Of a stretch of 64,000 nucleotides of DNA, positions 38,704 to 52,825 are shown in pieces. Made by a program: the position numbers and the translations under genes. Source of the stretch: Camelus dromedarius. Taxonomy: Eukaryota. The stretch covers positions 70,558,001-70,622,000 of the forward strand of contig NC_087437.1 in the NCBI RefSeq assembly GCF_036321535.1. The letters are read 5' to 3'. Within the stretch, counting starts at the first letter, position 1. Each line of letters opens with the position of its first letter. The notes under the pieces are model-generated. The model was not told the origin of the DNA and ran no database searches. It was given only the letters and a program-made list of their open reading frames with translations.

Positions 38704-41522
38704 CCGGTTCCCCCGTGCACCTGGTTTCCATCTCCTGCCTTGCCCTCCCTTCTTATTTCTACTAGTATCCTCAGCCAGACCGAGAAAATATGAGAGATGT
38801 CTAAAGATTTCATTTGCCTATTCACTCTCTACTTTAGATTGAACAAATAGGCAAGTAACATGACAGATCTAAGCATTAAGACTACAGGATTGCATGAGGG
38901 AGAGTCCATGAGCCGTGGTCTGCAGATTTGTATATTTTCTTTGGCCTGAGTCACATAATTTCCATCTTTATTCTGAGGGCGTTTGTCTGAAGAGACCCAA
39001 TTCTGCCTTCCTCAGCGTTAACCTTCCTCCATCATTGTGCCTAAGGCAAGGAGAATCCAATGGCTCAATCAAATGTCAGCTCCGTGTCACAATCCATTCA
39101 GGAAAACTGTATGCTGTGGCAGTGGGTCTTGAGTGTTTATTCTTATGCTACATAATGAAGAGGGACATTGCAGAAAGGTGGCTGTGGGGAAAACATCTGG
39201 AAGAAATAAATTTCCTAGGATCAAAGGGCTCCGTGTGCAGCCCAGAGGGTCCTCAGGGTGCTCCTTAGAGCAAACAAACAATTCTCTTGATGAGTCACTG
39301 CAATTTTTTTCTGCCAAAAGCCCACATGTGTTGCAAGATCTCAAGGAAAAGGGGCGGAGTAAGGAGAGAAAAGGAACATTAATGAAGGCAACCAAAGTGA
39401 TTTTTAAAAGATCCTAACCGTATGAATAAAAGAAATCTCAACATGATTACAATCCTTCAGCATACCCACCATCCTTAACATCGTATCACTTATATTGCAG
39501 CAGGGTAAAATTAAGTACAACAAATTACTTTTAAAAACACACAAAAACCAGCGGAACAAAGAAAGAATATTTGGGAAGAATACAACACTCTGAAACGGGA
39601 TTTTTTTTTTCTCTCTAACACATGAAAATTGGCAGAGAAGGGTGAAGCCCAGGACTATATCCCGAACCCTAGCCAGTGGCATTTTACGGGGAAAAAAGTT
39701 ACTTATGAATCAGTACAGCCATGCTTTGTTCTGCATGAGTGTTTTAATAGAGCAAGTGTAATATAAGGATCAGGTGGGCTCGTGGGAATGGAACAAAAGG
39801 TTTTGTAAAATTAAAGCAAAATAATTATAGCTCTAGGTGCAAAGCGAGCATACTCCAGCAGTTGATAGCAAGGACCTGCTCAGAATGGAGAAGGGAGGGG
39901 GCATGCTGGAAGGTTTTTTTTTCCCTTTTTTTTTCATTCAGTAACAAAGGCTTTTAATAGGTAACCGTTGTAAAGCGTCTTTGAAAGTAATTAATGCACC
40001 CACACAAAAATTTATTAAAATGAAAATTTAAGGAATTGTCTAAAATGAATTAATTAACAACAAAAAAGAACATCATGCCTTTCTTATTTTTTAAAGAAGG
40101 ATAGAAGGTTAAGCAAACCAGATTTTTGTGAGATTGCATTTTAAAATGTTCCTGGTTTATTTAGTATCTGAATAGCCCTAAAAAGAAAGTTGGCAGGATT
40201 TATTATTATCCACCCCCTTTAGAAATACTAAATTGGGACAAACAAAATGGAGATTAATTTGCTGTGCATGAGACTCAAAGACCCTCAAAATTATGATATC
40301 TCTTCCTAAGATGGCCAAAGTTTTTAGTAAGTTTTCAGAGACCTATAGTAAGCAGAATGTGATGTTCAAAAGAAGAGGAAGGTGAGTATTTTTTCTCACC
40401 TGGTCTTCATCCTGCAGGGGTCTTAACCAGGCCGCTAGAGTTACACTTCCTGTTGTGGCCTCATGGAACACAAAAAGAAAGCTGCTAAGTGTGATGTTAG
40501 TAATTTTTACCTCATGTATTTCCTGTCTCTACAGAAAAAAACAAAAAAACAACTACTTTATCCTGTTTCTACAGTAATTTTTAATCACTATATTTGTTTT
40601 TCTGCCTATTTTTGTTTGTATTATTTCATACTGTGATATAATTATAAAGTAGAACATGTATAACCTGCTAAGAGTTTACCCTTTACTGTGAGAATCATTT
40701 CTAGTTGATTACAAAAGTATCTGTTTTCAGTGAGTTGTTATACCTTAAAAAGTTTTAGGTTTTGAACTTGAGTATATCTTCAAAGGTCAAGTTCTCTAAA
40801 CCTCCCATGCTGAAACATCATTGGAAATTGCTGCCTTTCCTCCAATATTTTTTTGTTCTGTCAAGGCCAGAATCTGGCTGTGCAAAAAATGTGAATAAGA
40901 AAGAAAATTAATTTTGGAAACGACATTTGAAAAGTAGCTCTATTGATGCCATGTAAAAACATGTAATTGTAGTTTTGAAAATAATTTCCCTTAAATGTAT
41001 GGTTAGAAGACAACTTGTATAGTGGGACAACTACACCCTAGTATACTTATGATCTGTCAATTTTGGATATGTTTGCTTGGATTTTTTTTTTTTTGTCTTT
41101 TTGCACTATCCCTTAAATGGCCATTATTATCATGTCTTTATAATCCTTTGACCTATTCTCAGATTTTTCTTTTTCGTTTTCAAGACAGTGTATTTAGTTG
41201 GTATGAGTAATGTAGCACTGTTAGTGTCCTATTCTTGCCTCTGAGCAAAAGGCCTATTTGTGAAGCTCCTTGGTGAGGACTTGGCATTTAGTAGATATAC
41301 ATTTGGCATTTAAGTAGATATACACTCCTTGTAATGTTTGTCCTTCAGTCCTTTGTGATTTCACTTTCTCTGGGGATATGATTGAAAAAAAGGAAAATCA
41401 AGGGAAAAAATGTTTGTAGTACCAAGAACTTTCTGTGTTTATAACAGTGGTTCTTGTTCCAGCTCTTCACCATATAAACTGTTGTATCTATTGGCCACTG
41501 AACTAGAATGGTATTTTACATT

Positions 41523-42085
41523 TGTATTGTGGCTGTAACAGATGATCACAAATTTAGCAGCTTCTAACACCACAAATTTATGATTTCATAGTTATGCAGA
41601 TCAGAAGTTTGGGTTGGCTCAACCAATTTGTCTGCTCCAGGTTTCACAAGACCAGAGTGGTGTGATATTGCTGGGTTCTTAACTGGAGGCTCTGGGAAGA
41701 ATCCTCATTCAGTTCCTTGTTGTTGAGGGACTAAGATCTCCTTTTTTTTTTTTTTTTTGCTGGCTGTCAGCTGGAGGCCATCTTTAGCTTTTTACACATC
41801 AGCCCCTGTATCTTTGTATAAACCAGAGTCCCTTGATCATTCTCACCCTTGGGATCTCTCTGACTTTCCCTTATACCACATCTCTTTTCCAAATTCAAGC
41901 CAGAAAAAGTTCTCAGCTTTTAAGGTAATTAGATGGGGCCCACCTGGATAATCTAGGAGGCTCTCCCTATTTGAAGATCCATAACCTTAATTACATCTGC
42001 CAATTCCTTTTTCTATGTAACAAAACATTTTGGAGGTTCTGCATTTCAGGGAGTGGGTACTTTTGGGATGCTTATTATGCCTACT
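41523..42085 (-). mobile_element. MLT1 (MLT1E-like) solo LTR
   Basis: ggctgtaacagatgatcacaaatttagcagctt...ggaggctctgggaagaatcc...gggcccacctggataatc...ccttaattacatctgc. Confidence 0.85.
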
Positions 42086-42921
42086 GTAGATGGATTGTAG
42101 AAGAATGGGTCACTTCCATTATTTATTTCTAGACTACTCTGAGTATTTTTTTTTGCTCAAGATGCAGATAGTATGAATACTTTTAAATGTATTAGTAGGT
42201 TTTCTCCTAAAAAACTTTTTTAACCTCATACATCTCATGGTAAAGAGTGGTCTCTTTTTTTTTTTTCCCTCACTTGATAAATAGAACAACTGGGGCACAG
42301 AAGAAACTAAGTCGACCATTAGAGCCTGAGCTAATCTGGAGGTTTTCTGTCTTACGGTACAGATTTTATTCATTGACCCCCTTTTATTCTCCACAAAGCA
42401 TGGTAGCACGACAGTGGTAGCCCAGCTGGGAAAGGGAAGTAAGCCAAGATTGAGTGACACAGAAATGGGATTACTAAAATATTAATAGAGATGGTTTACA
42501 TGGTGAGCTGAGAAAAATGCAGTCATAACTTGCCAGAAAACTGGAAAATCTCGTCTCTCACTGGTATCTGAGAGAGTGTGATCTGGTAAGTGAAGGCATG
42601 ACATAAGGTCAGATACATTGCAACATTTCGATTCAGAGGTTGGCAAGGTGGGCTAAGGATGCAGTAGCAGGAATCCAAGTTGAGTAAGGACCTCAATTTA
42701 TAGCCAAAATTAAAGTGGAAAATTCTAGCATGCCAGAGAAAAGGGAATAGAAATAAATCTTTTGATAAGTTTGTCGGAAGGGCTAAGAAGGTCAATAGGA
42801 AGCAAAGTCAAAGGGAGATAAGAAATAGGAACTAGTGATGAAGTTCATCTACACTTCACAGTTTTGCTCAAGGTGGGCTCTGATATATGGATGTAAGGTT
42901 TCCTTTGACTATTAAAGAGGT

Positions 42922-43147
42922 AAGTGAACTTGTCTACAAAACAGAAATAGACTCACAGACATAGTAAACAATCTTATGGTTACCAGGGAAAGAGTGTGGG
43001 AAGGGATAAATTTGGGAGTTTGAGATTTGCAAATGTTAACCACTATATATAAAAATAGATAAAAACCATATTTCTTCTGTATAGCAAAGGAAACTATATT
43101 CAGGATCTTGTAATAACCTTTAATGAAAAAGAATATGAAAACAAGTC

Positions 43148-43187
<40 letters not shown>

Positions 43188-43255
43188 TGACTGGGACATT
43201 ATGCTGTACACCACAAATTGACACATTGTAACTGACTATACTTCAATTTAAAAAG
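42922..43255 (+). mobile_element. 5'-truncated lineage-specific L1 3' UTR with an internal (TA)n
   Basis: acagaaatagactcacagaca is shared with the young L1 3' UTR (5702-5722). Imperfect TSD ttaaagaggt (42912-42921) / ttaaaaaggt (43248-43257). (TA)n at ~43152-43184. Confidence 0.9.
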
Positions 43256-45249
43256 GTGATAAATGCAGATAAATCCACTAGATTATAATTTCTGGTATAC
43301 CCTTTCCTCAAGGAAGAAATGAGTTCATCCTAGCAGTCTACCATCTTATTTGTTTTAATATAAGACTATATATCTTAAATTAAAATACAAAGTAGGAAGG
43401 AGAATTTTCCAGCTAAAAGTGAAAACAGAAAGTATAAGGACAATTAAATTATAAAACTTTAATAATAATTAAATTTTGGACTCTAATTACAACAGAAGAT
43501 TGAAAATATACTGATATATTTTTAAAAGTCAGTTTTTACTTCTAATTTAATAAATCCAATTTAAGTAATCACTTATCAACTAACAGGAAGGACAGTTGAA
43601 GGTAAATGTATGTATATTTATATTTTTTCTCAAAATATGTTCTATGCTGTTCATGTATCTGTGTCTATTTGATTTATAAATTAGGTGTCAACGTGCAGCA
43701 CTACGAAATGCAAGATCAATAGTAAAGTACAAATTTGACAGTATTGTTTTCTAATGGGATGAGTAAACAAGCATTAATTCCCACACATGGACACACATTT
43801 ATACATGTACCCCTGTATAGAAAGTACCCATAACATATGCTGTTTACTTTTAAATGTATCTATGTGCACCTCTAAAATACCTAAATACTTTTTGTTTCAC
43901 TGTGTGCCATCCGCAGAATCGCAGTGTGGGAAACAAGTGTCATGTATATGAACTCAGGTGAGGAAATACAGCATTGTCTTCATTTCCAAAGTTAGACAAC
44001 ATAAGTGCCTAAATAAGTCATGTGTAATGAGCATTTTTTGAGTGCAGTGTAGGATAGCAGAAAAATTATTGAATAAGTAGTCAAAATTCCTGAGTTCTCA
44101 TCTTTGCTTTTGCCACATGTTAGGTATATGATACTATCAGTTAATCACATATATCCTCGGTTTCCTCACTTGAATAAAGATGATATCTCTCCCATCTACT
44201 TTCCAGAATTCGTGTCCAAATTGGACTAGATAAAGATGCTTTAAGGCATTTAAAGATTGTGAAGTACTATGAAAAACATTAAGTTTTAGGAAATTTAAGC
44301 AATTCTCATTATTATAGTTAAGACATGGTCTATATTCTCAAATATATGCAGTCTGGTTAAAATGTTGAAATTGGTTTATTTTTTTTTATTTGTTTTTTTT
44401 CAGATCTGTTGCCAAGTCTCCATATAATTTCTTACATGTCTGATTAGTTGCTATTCACAATATTAAGTAGCCTTGGTTTTCAACGCTATTGTAAATGTTA
44501 GAGCTGATATTCAAAATCAGCACGGTACTGGATGTCAGTGTACTATCAGAGGCAGTTAGCAAGTAGGAATGTAAAATTACTGATTAAAGACCTGCAGAAT
44601 CACTAAAATATTATATATCTTGCTGCATACTTTATTTTTGTTAATTAAATATTTCATTAGTCAAATCATAGTCTTTCTTGTTCTAAGTTCCAAAAATGAT
44701 GAAAAGAATCAGAAGCTTAAGGATTGACATAGAGACAAGGTACACTTTTTAATGCATGTGTTTGTTGGTCTGTTGTTTTATGTCCCATTTTCATTTCTCC
44801 AAGTCCCTCCCCTCCCCTATTTATTTTGTCTTGGTTCAGATTCTAGGACCAGTGGTTCTTTACACTGAGCTTAGTGGATGGTTAGAGAGAGAGTGCAGGG
44901 ATCAGTTCAGAGTTTATATAAGCCTTCTGAAAATGCTTCATATGTATGTGTCTGCATATGTATATGTATACTTTATATGTGTTGGTGAATGTGCCCTTTC
45001 TTTCTTCCTTGGAGAGGGTCATAAGTTTTATTTATTCTCAAAGTGGTACATGAGCTTGAAAAACACTTGGACCTGCTGAAGTACAAGCATTAGTACCTAA
45101 GTAAGTATCAATTGAAGGGAGAAATTTTCCTTCCCCATTCCCTTTTCAACTACCCCAGTTGTGTCCCAAACACTTGGACTGAAGTAGGTAGTAGGTAAAG
45201 ATTAGAGGGCCAGCCAGTGGGAAGGGGAAGAGACAGTACCTCTGTAATG

Positions 45250-45424
45250 GCTTTCTCTTTTTCTTTCCTTCTTTCCTACTTTCTCACCTTCTTGATTTCT
45301 TGCTTTTATGCTTAATCATTTGATTATTTTCTTGCTTTTCCTTCTTTCTTTCCTCCCTTTTATCTCTCCTTCTCTCCCTCCTTCCTTCCTTCCTTTTTCT
45401 TTTTCTATTCCATTACTCCTCTTT
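45250..45424. repeat. CT-rich low-complexity tract
   Basis: Directly visible. Confidence 0.8.
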
Positions 45425-46283
45425 AGAGGAGAAAGATTAAGGAAGCATTATTTTAAGGGCCAAAAATATATTTTTAACTCTGTATCAGGATCCCTTTCTT
45501 CCTTCCCTTCTCATTTCCTTTTCCATTGATGTAAATTTATTTATTTTACTACTACCTCAATTTTGAGAGCATTGTTTCCCATCCACCAGAATTAGTGGTG
45601 GTCTGCTGAAGTCATTTCTATAGCAGAAGTCATTTAGAAATCAGTAGAAGGAAATGGTAATACTTATATAAAAATATCCTTCACCTTCCTTTTCAACATT
45701 TTGGCTTCCTACATAACATTATCATCTAACCTAAAAATTTCCCCAATGAAAAAATAAAACAAATAATTTAGTTGATTTGTGAATTGCTGAACATAGAAAA
45801 TTGATGAAATTAAAATGTAATTCTTCTATTTAGAGATATAATTGAGTGATATAATAGAGACATGGACAAGGCCATCTCTAACTTCTATGAGAATAGAAAA
45901 AGATTATAGTTTTGACCATCTTGAACAAGAACTTTCTATTACCATGAAGAGTAAATGGCTTTCATTTAATCCAAGAATATCATCATACCATCATTAATAT
46001 TTTTTAGAGAAAATGAGTTTGAGAAACAAAGAAAAAAGATGATTCTGTTATTATGGATTTCTGTTGGCAGTTGAAAATGTTGCTATGCAGAATTTTCCCT
46101 ATGCCCTGTTCTTGTAGGATTTGAATTTTCCAGTTGGATTGACTTGGCTGTCAAAAAGCCAAGTTGATTCTTCTTTCCCCAGATTAAGTTGATAACTGTC
46201 TGAATAAAATGCTAAGAACAATTAGGAGAGGTCGTATTTTAAAGCTACTTAATAAAACAAACAAACCTTATGGGACTATTTTG

Positions 46284-46365
46284 TCCTTTTTCTTTCTTTC
46301 CTTCTTTCTTCTTTTCTTTTCTTTTTCTCTTCTTTTCTTTCTTTTTCTTTTCTCTTCTTTTTTTT
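46284..46365. repeat. (TTTC/TTTTC)n pyrimidine tract
   Basis: Directly visible. Confidence 0.85.
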
Positions 46366-47302
46366 GTAACTTCTCCAGAGAACATATTGTATAAAGTTAT
46401 GGCTTCCTGTTCCATGAAGTATTTCTTCCTTGACCTACCTGCCATAACTGCTTAGCTTATACTTAAAGAAAAAAAGATTTTCCATTTCACTATTGAATCT
46501 TTTTAAAGAAAAATCAAGGTACATGTTTTCTTTTTCACACAAAAGCACTCAGAGCACTAGTTTTAAAGAGAGCGTAGTTCTTACACTAGATGCTTTTTAC
46601 TCTCTTCTTGTTTAGAACACAGGAATACTACCCTCTCTTGTCCTCCTTGCCATCTACAAGACTTTTTGTCATTGTCTGTGCCTAGTACAGATTTTTTTTT
46701 ACTCTCAATACCAGCTACTTTCTCTCACTTTTTTCTCCACTGCTGTTTTACCCCTTCCTTCATACTCTTGCTTTGCCTTAGTCTTCTTACTTTCCTCCTG
46801 TATTCCTGATGCTTAGAATTGTCTGTAACTTCTCATCTGGATGAACGTCTCTCAGTTTTGACCTAAACTCAAATCTCATTTCTTAATACTTCTAAGTAGG
46901 CAGCCTCTTCTCTACCAATAATTTCTCTTGGTAACCATTCTAACCTCATTAGTCTATGTATGTATCTTAAACAAATAAGTAAAAATAAGTTCATATTTAT
47001 TTGCCTTGTTAGTCAAAATGCTTTTCTTAGAGGTTGAGGCCTCTTCGGTGTCTTCTATAGAGTGCGTATCACTTTATCTTTTTGGTAAAGAGGCACCATC
47101 TCATTGCATAGGCAAAAATTGAAAGCTGTTTGTTTCATGTATGTTAATCATCTAGATGCCACTCAAATATCGAATGGTTTATTTACTTAAAGCATATCAA
47201 TGACACCTTTCCTGCAGTGAATCTTATGTTTTTCAACCTTCTTAAGCAAGGTATTATGAACATAATTTAATCTTTATATAATGATCCTCTGATCATCATT
47301 GT

Positions 47303-47767
47303 TGTATGAGTTTCCTAGGCTGCTGTAGCAAAATGCCACAAACTGGATGCCTTAAACAATATAAATATATTGTGTCAGAGTTCTGGCAGCTGGAAGACTT
47401 AGATCAAAGTATAAGCAGGGTTGGTTTCTTCTGATGGTTGTGAGAAAAATCAGTTCCATGTCTCTTGCCTAACTTCTGATTGTTTGCTAGCAATCTTTGG
47501 GGTTCTTTGGCTTGTGGAAGTATCTCTCTGATCTTTGCCGTTATCTTCAGGTAGCGTTCTCCCTGTGTGCATGTCTGTGTCCAAATTCCCCGTTTTTATA
47601 AGACCACCAGTCATATTGGATCGGGGTCCATTCTACTCCAGTATAACCTCATCTTAACTAATTATATCTGCAATGACCCTATTTCCAAATAAGGTCACAT
47701 TCTGAGGTACTGGGGGATTAGAGCTTCAACATATGAATTTTGAGGGGACACAATTCAACTCACAACA
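47303..47767 (-). mobile_element. Full-length MLT1 (MLT1C-like) solo LTR
   Basis: TG...CA ends. 5-bp TSD attgt (47298-47302) / attat (47768-47772). Diagnostic atctgcaatgaccctatttccaaataaggtcacattctgaggtactggggg. Confidence 0.92.
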
Positions 47768-50700
47768 ATTATGAATATCTTTTTTTGTGTAAGGCTCTAC
47801 CACATTGATTTCTATGGGACTCAGTTATAGACATGTTCATAAGCTCTACATAATTCTCAGCCTTGGATACTTTATCCTTCCCCCGCCTCCTCTGTTTCCT
47901 TTTCATTCTGAGATACAGAGTGGTAATTTCTTACAGTTACCATTGTGCTTTCTTCTGCAACTGTCTTTCCATCTAACATGAATGGTGAGCCCAATTAACT
48001 GATGCTACTGTGTTTTAAGGAAGAATATACCAGTTCCAAGATAAAGTCTCACTGATGAATAAAGATAAGTTTGGGCAATCATGTGTGCTTTATAGCATCT
48101 TTTTAGTTCCTTAAGGGTTCTTTTTTCTCTTTTCTGGGCTCTTGACCATGTTAAATCAAGATAGACTTATAAGTGAATATGATAAGGCTGAGTAATAGAG
48201 GTAATAGTGTGTTAACATGACAGGTATGTAAATTAGAGTGAGGTATCTGATTAAAATATTAGAAATTGAACTATCTTGTCTACTAGATGCTCAAGATTTT
48301 GCCCACTAGAATTGGATAATCAGAGTTATGTGTAGACTCTTGTAAGGTATGATATCTGATCGGACCAAATTATGCTTTTGTGTGATTTGTATAGTGTCTA
48401 TCACAGTGAGATCATTCAACAGACATAATGGTAGTGCAGAATTGTGTTGAAATCAGATGCTGTGAGTGGGTAAGGAAATGTGCACATTCAGTTCTTAGCA
48501 GGTAGTCCTCCCAAGCAGGATGAGGGGCCTGAATCCCCAAGTGCCAACCTACCAGGAATGGTCCATGTGATTCTCAGGGCATCATGGTGATGAGACACCC
48601 ACTGTGGTTTCAATTTTGGCAGCCATCACCAAATCGGCTCTTTGATCTTTGGAGTGGCTCCTGCCACAGTGACTGCCTCTGTTTGTTTTGCCCTTCCCTT
48701 TTGTCATTACTCCCACCTGACACTATAGGACCAAAACAATGAGAGATGGGAAGAGGTTGTGAGGGGACACTTTAGGAACACAGCTCTGCCAAGTATGAAA
48801 GGCTAAACAGTTCTGGTTCTAAAAGCACATGTATAACATTTCTGCCAACCCATTAGTGAATACATTTTATTTTATATATCATTCAACAGTCTGCTAAAAA
48901 TCACTTTCCTCGATTCACCTTTCTCATTACTGGGGTCTTGGATCCACCATAAAATGCAGCCAGCCACACAAATATATAAGACAGTATTGCTCCCCATTTT
49001 AGAAATAGTCTTCCTTCATAAATATCTAAATATGCTTAGAAACATTGACTTCATCTTATGCCTTGATATTTTAAAATCAATTCATCTAATATATTTGAAA
49101 ATCAACTGGTGGCTTGATTATATTGGTCATTTTTTTTATATTATATGGAATTTTGTTGAAAAGTTTTAATGGATTATGCAATAGTCTCTCCATTCCAGTA
49201 CACTACCTGATTAAAAAAAAAATGTAAACATGACTATGCCCATTTTATAGCTAAAAAAAGTGAGAAAGTGAGGTGCTAACTTTATTATTTAAGATTATCC
49301 AGTGCGTTAGTGTCATTCTACCCATTTGATTCTGGTTGTATCATTTGGATACTCTGAGATTTAGGACTTTAGCATAAGCTCTGTGAAATGATTAAATATT
49401 TTCCCCACATTATCTTGATAGTATCATTTAGGTATTGTAGACAAGGAGACAGAAAACTGAGACAGAAAGGAATATGAAATGACTTGTAGCAGTCACATAG
49501 CGAGGTCACAGGAAAGCTGATAAGATCTTGGACTACTTCACTCTGTGAACTAGCCATAACTAATTTTCTGACAAGAAATGTTTTTCTCCTTTTCACATTT
49601 GTAAAGGTTGGAGACCTTCACTGAGAAAGCAATGCCTCTAAGGACAAAGACCTGTTGAGAAATATAAGGTTTTTAATCTCAACCTAGTATAGCCAAATAT
49701 ATTAATCACCACTTAAAAATTTCTGAATATTTCTAAAATTCTTGTTAGGCAGAATTCTAAATTTGAAACTGAAATTAAATCACCTTTCCCCTCCTTCACT
49801 ATCTAGTTATCCCTTTGTTAAAGTATTTATATACGTATATAAAAATGCACGTTTGGAAACTAAAGTATATAGAATTTATTTGGGAAAATGTTTTTAAAAA
49901 TAGCATTTGCTTTGAAATATTTCTGTAATACTTCCTGCTAGTCATCATTTTTAACTAGAAGATTAAATTTCCCTGTATAAGTCTGGAGAATCAGGCAGTT
50001 AATAAGGAAGGAGAGACCCAACCTGGCCAAAATTTTACTAAGTCATTGTCACCAATCCAGGCATTCAGGGAAAGAGTACATGAAGTAGTCTTCCGTACTC
50101 TACTTTCTGCCAATTAGGATTTCCAGCAGAGAAATTAGCAGATTCTAGAAAGCTCCAGCTGCCCAGGAGCTCCCATTCAGGCTGCTGTGGCTCAGACAGT
50201 CCCTGTGCTCATTAATTGATCTGTATTTCCCCATCTGCTGATCTCAGCCAGAGGCCATAGAATAAGAACCAAAAATGGAGGGTCTAGTCAGTCCCTAATC
50301 CCAAAGGAATCCTCCAAGGAAAAACCTTACATACGTATTCAAGTAAATGATAAGAGCCTTCATGAAACCCCTCCAACGGCCCCTCCATGAAGAAATACCC
50401 CATTTCACCTACAACCAGCTTTCAGTAAATGTGTGTTCCACTAATATTTACTCCATGCTTCAGATCAAGAACTGGAGATAACTGGACTAAATCAAGGTCA
50501 AGAAAGAAGAAAGTATGTGGAGAGGGCATCTGCGTGCCTATTCTTGGAGATGCTGATGGTTAGTTGGTAGTTAGCAAAGTTAGCAGCATCAGGTTATCCA
50601 GGGAGAGCCTGGGACTGTACTGAGTGGGCTTCCCCAGTGAGTTCCAAATAAGCTTTTCCAACTCCTCTAAATAAAATGTAACATTGTATTAATCACTTGG

Positions 50701-50969
50701 AAAATAAGATTTTTTTTTCCCATTATTAACTGGTAAATTCTAGTGTCATCTATCTCTACTTTGTGGGTTAGCTCTGTTTTCTTAAACACAGCTGTTTGGG
50801 GTATATCATTAACATTGTCAAAGGAAATTCTACCAGACTACCAAGTCCAAGTTGCCTTAGCTAAGGCTTATTCAAATTTATTGTCTAAACAGACTTAGAA
50901 AATACATGTGTCATTTGGTCCAGAGACAGTAAATTTTAGTTGTATATGATAAGCTTTAACTCTGAATGC

Positions 50970-51195
50970 TTCAAATGCCATATATTGTGCACCTATTCTG
51001 GGCTAATTTCTATGCTGTGTCTCCAAGGTATATTATCTCCTTTAATTTTCACAACAAACCGTTTTAGAGATAAGAGGACTGAGCCTCAGAGAACCTGATT
51101 AATTGGCAGAGGACATACAGCTAGTAAGTGGCCAAGCTAGAATTCAAACCTAAGCCTTTCTAACTCAAAGTCTTGCTCACTTTTTAAACCACTGT
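50970..51195 (-). mobile_element. MIR SINE
   Basis: ttttagagataagaggactgagcctcagaga...catacagctagtaagtggccaagctagaattcaaacc. Confidence 0.8.
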
Positions 51196-51619
51196 CTCCT
51201 TCTGTTTCTAAAGATGTAGAGGATTCTGATACCTTCTAAGAGTCTATGCAGTTTTCATAAGGGAGAACGGGGCTACCATAACATGTAGTTCTGTGGTGCT
51301 GGTTTTTATCATCTAAAACACGCCCAGCTCAAGCTAATTGCCAGTTTGTCTCCCAGGACAGCCAACTAGCCTGTTGATAACATAAACGCTATTTTCCAGT
51401 CTTATTTTGTGAGACATGCCTCTCATTCGATATAGGATTTTCACTTAATTCTCCAATCAACCTCAAAACCTTAATTTTGCTAAATTAAAAATAATAACAT
51501 AAACATTATGTGTGACTAGGTACCTATAAAGTAATGAAATTGATTTTGGTGAGTATTAGTGGCTCTGGTCTCATTATTTAGAATGAATCCACACAGTACA
51601 TATTCGTATTCACCATTTG

Positions 51620-51765
51620 TGATTGTGAGTTTCTGTTAAATTAAAATGGTAATAGTATCTACCTCATAATATCATTGTGAGGATTAAATGAGATAATATA
51701 TGTAAAGTTCTTAGATCGGTTCCTAGCATATGGTAAGCACTCAATAAACTGTAAACTTATTATAT
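51620..51765 (+). mobile_element. MIR core and 3' end
   Basis: taaaatggtaatagtatctacctcataatatcattgtgaggattaaatgagataatatatgtaaagttcttag...gtaagcactcaataaa. Confidence 0.85.
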
Positions 51766-52704
51766 AGGAGCATCACAGAAATAAAAATCAAACAGAAACT
51801 GATAAGCAGTTGGTACATATCAGGAACTCAATACATATGTTTTGAATAAATTAATAAATTGTATCAGTGCTTCAAATTGGCTAGTTGTTAACTGATTTAT
51901 GGTAAATGTTGTATTCTGGTGGCTGCCTCACTGTTGAGTTTAATATAAAACAGAATGTTCAGTGTCATTAAGAACTCTATGCAATTTGCAGGAGCGTTTA
52001 CTAACTCTAAAACAGCCTTTTTTGGGGAATTGGGTTATCATTTCTTTTCCTCAATATTTTCGCCCTTAGTACTGTGCAGCCTGTACTGTCTGGCTAGTTA
52101 TACTTGTGACCGCTAAATGGATATAGGTTTTTCCCTTCCTTTAATGGTCATGCAGTTATGATTTATCTTATGGTACAATGAAAATAGAAGCTGTACAAGT
52201 ATGTCCATAGTAAAATAAGATACATGGGCTGGAAAAAGCAAAAAGTCAGTGAGTGTTATGAATGCTTCCTATTTGCCTAAGACAACCGAAATAGACTGAA
52301 AGTAAGAATGGCATATATATTGTCACTGTTTGTACCAGTTCTGGAGAAACTGCTTATTTTTCTGATGATGTCAAGATATTAAACTTTGGGGGAGACTTTT
52401 TCCCATAAGAAATTCATTTTCAAATCCTGAAATATTTATTATTACTGTGTGTCTGAAATTATAATGCTTTAAATAACATCGTTTCTAACTGACAGTCTAA
52501 TTCTAGCAGAAGTTTTAGAAAGGGTTCAAAGGTTTGTCTCTCCCTATAATGTCCTTCCTACCAGTGAAATTTCTATTCTACATTTAGAAACAGTCCATGA
52601 ATCACTTCTACAAGCCCTGCCTCGTACTTTTATATTTGTGGCATTGCTCTTGCTGTATTGTATTACAGTATTCTGGTTAGATTTTCCCTTTCAGAGTCTG
52701 GTGG

Positions 52705-52825
52705 CTAAACTGTGAGCTTCTTGAAGACAAGGGTTATGCTTTATTTATCTCTGGATACTCAGTATTATTCAGTTCCTAGGACAGAGTAAGTGCTCAATAA
52801 ATAAATCTCCAATAAATTAATGAAC
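52705..52825 (+). mobile_element. L2 3' end
   Basis: taaactgtgagcttcttgaagacaagg...acagagtaagtgctcaataaata. Confidence 0.7.

Noticed and set aside
38915..39682. Cluster of overlapping 92-117 aa ORFs
   Set aside because: Expected in a locally GC-richer stretch; no recognisable protein motifs.
44375..44403. Strong-looking acceptor (T-tract + CAG)
   Set aside because: No convincing donor within exon distance.
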